NCBI GenBank assembly: GCA_044892525.1
Contig: CM097887.1
Span: 34,782,001 to 34,846,000 of the forward strand
Reading direction: 5' to 3'
DNA: 64,000 nt
From: Schmidtea polychroa
Taxonomy: Eukaryota
The notes beneath the pieces are model-generated. The model saw only the letters and a list, made by a program, of their open reading frames with translations, made no database searches and was not told the origin of the DNA. Position 1 is the first letter of the stretch, and each line of letters opens with the position of its first letter. The translations under genes were made by a program, and so were the position numbers. Below are positions 62,351 to 64,000 of this stretch, piece after piece.

Positions 62351-64000
62351 TTATTCGTTGATGCAATTGCAAGTCATTATCTATTATCTAATCATACATG
62401 GATGTGAGGAAACGGAAAAGCTTGATTAAATTCTTTTAAAAAAACTTTTAATGAATTATTACAAGCATTACTCAAATTTACTGATAATCAGCACATACAA
62501 ATTAGTAAAAATATAAAAACAATAGAAAATTTTACATGTTCCAAACGGTTCACACTCCAATGATCAATCAAATCGTTCTACTGTGAAGTCCTCGAATTGG
62601 AATCGGTTAATTAACTGGAGTCATGTTGAGCTAATACTACTGGAGTTTGTATCGTAGAAATACCTATAGATTCGTTAGAAATGACATTGTTAAGGATACC
62701 TAAATGATAAATTATAAATAAATAAAATTACTTGTGGGAAGATCGTCATGACAAACGAAAAGATCTATGGGAACTCAGAAAAGAAAACGAAAGTAAAAAG
62801 AAATGAGAAATGAGAAAGAGATCGAATGAAACAAAAGAAATCAGACATGAAAGCAAAAACAAAGGTCAGCACTAATTAATCAGCACAAAAAGGGAAAAGG
62901 AATTTTGAAATCGGGAAAACCGAAAAACAACAATATTTATATTTCGACAGCTTGTCAGTGATAAGGGAAACAAAACAAAAACAGGCTGGAGCCACAAAAG
63001 AAAAAATTATAAAATATTGCGACAGCTGTCAAAGATAACTCCGTCGCAAGGAAAACTGGGAAATCATGTTGGAGAAAAAAATGTGGAATTGAAGATAAAC
63101 TGAAGTGCCACAAATTGACGAAGTATAAAAGGAGATGGCACAGCAGAAGCAAGCAGAAGAAAATATAGAGAGGACAATTTTGAAAATTAAGAGGACACGT
63201 GGGAGAATTGTATTAGCGAAACAGTTTGGAGGAACAATTGAGAGAACAATTTAGAAGAAATATTTGAATAAAATTGAAGCAGAGAAACTAAAAAGAAAAC
63301 AGAAATAAAGAGAATCAGGCGAGTAAAACCAAGTCAGAATCAGAGAACAACCAGTTAAAATTACCAATTATTACATTCCTCAGTTGTGAGAGATTTGTCA
63401 AATCTAGGTTATACGAGCGTTCTATTCTTCACCATAGTGTTGTAATAAGCACGGTATAATAGTAGCTTGTTGCGTCAATTGTATCATTGTGAAAATATTT
63501 GGGATATTCAATAAAGTTTTCAGTGTAAATTGTTATTTGTGGGTCAGTCAAAGACAAGCTTGGAGTCAGAGTAAAAATTTTAATTTTATCACCAACTCAA
63601 TAACCCAACAACATTAACTTTTGTTAATAAAGACAAGATCTATTTTACCTATAGATTCGTTAGAAATTACATTGAAGAATAAATCAGAGATGCTCGTATT
63701 TATATAATTTTTGTCTTGATTTCTACCAATCAGGATTAAGTGGTGTTGTATTTTTCGTCTTTTTTTTCATTTTATCTGGTTTTTTATTGTTATTTCAATT
63801 ATTTTAATTTTTCTACTTTATTTATTTTATTTTTTTAAAATTTATTTTGATTTAATCCTGTTTGATACTCTATGTTTTGTGTCTTTTCTTGATTTCTTGT
63901 ATTTTTATTAATTTTCTATTTTATTGTTTCTCTTTTTATTGTTATTTTTTAATCTCGTGTTTGTTAGTTTCATCATTTGATTGATCCCTCAACTTTGGTA

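Overview
AT-rich eukaryotic (metazoan-like) genomic DNA with 41-61 nt GT-AG micro-introns. This would fit a genome-reduced parasite such as a myxozoan or orthonectid, which is inference only. Five host genes are supported: RSRC2, PNPO (spread over 16.8 kb by two TE-filled giant introns), LSm6, PSTK and a single-exon orphan starting MGCC. The rest is nested mobile DNA: hAT/hATm (one intact 743-aa transposase), Tc1 (DD34E), Zator/Harbinger-like, piggyBac-type and pogo-type MITEs, Penelope remnants with a minimal hammerhead ribozyme, and more than 10 TGTTG...CAACA solo-LTR-like units, several with 4-bp TSDs. The main discovery is a recurring LTR-bounded cassette. It consists of a 3' splice site 2-3 nt before the ATG of an unrecognised ~230-270 aa protein (RPCxSCxxKN, coiled coil, WFxPxQMK, Arg/Lys-rich TRAE motif, acidic Leu-rich tail). 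About 230-285 nt after the stop come a 5' splice site and a multi-stem RNA with compensatory changes, ending 234-245 nt before the CCAACA terminus. There are five clear ORF copies plus three fragments or distant relatives, and seven RNA copies plus partial ones. All analysis was done by eye, with no database searches.
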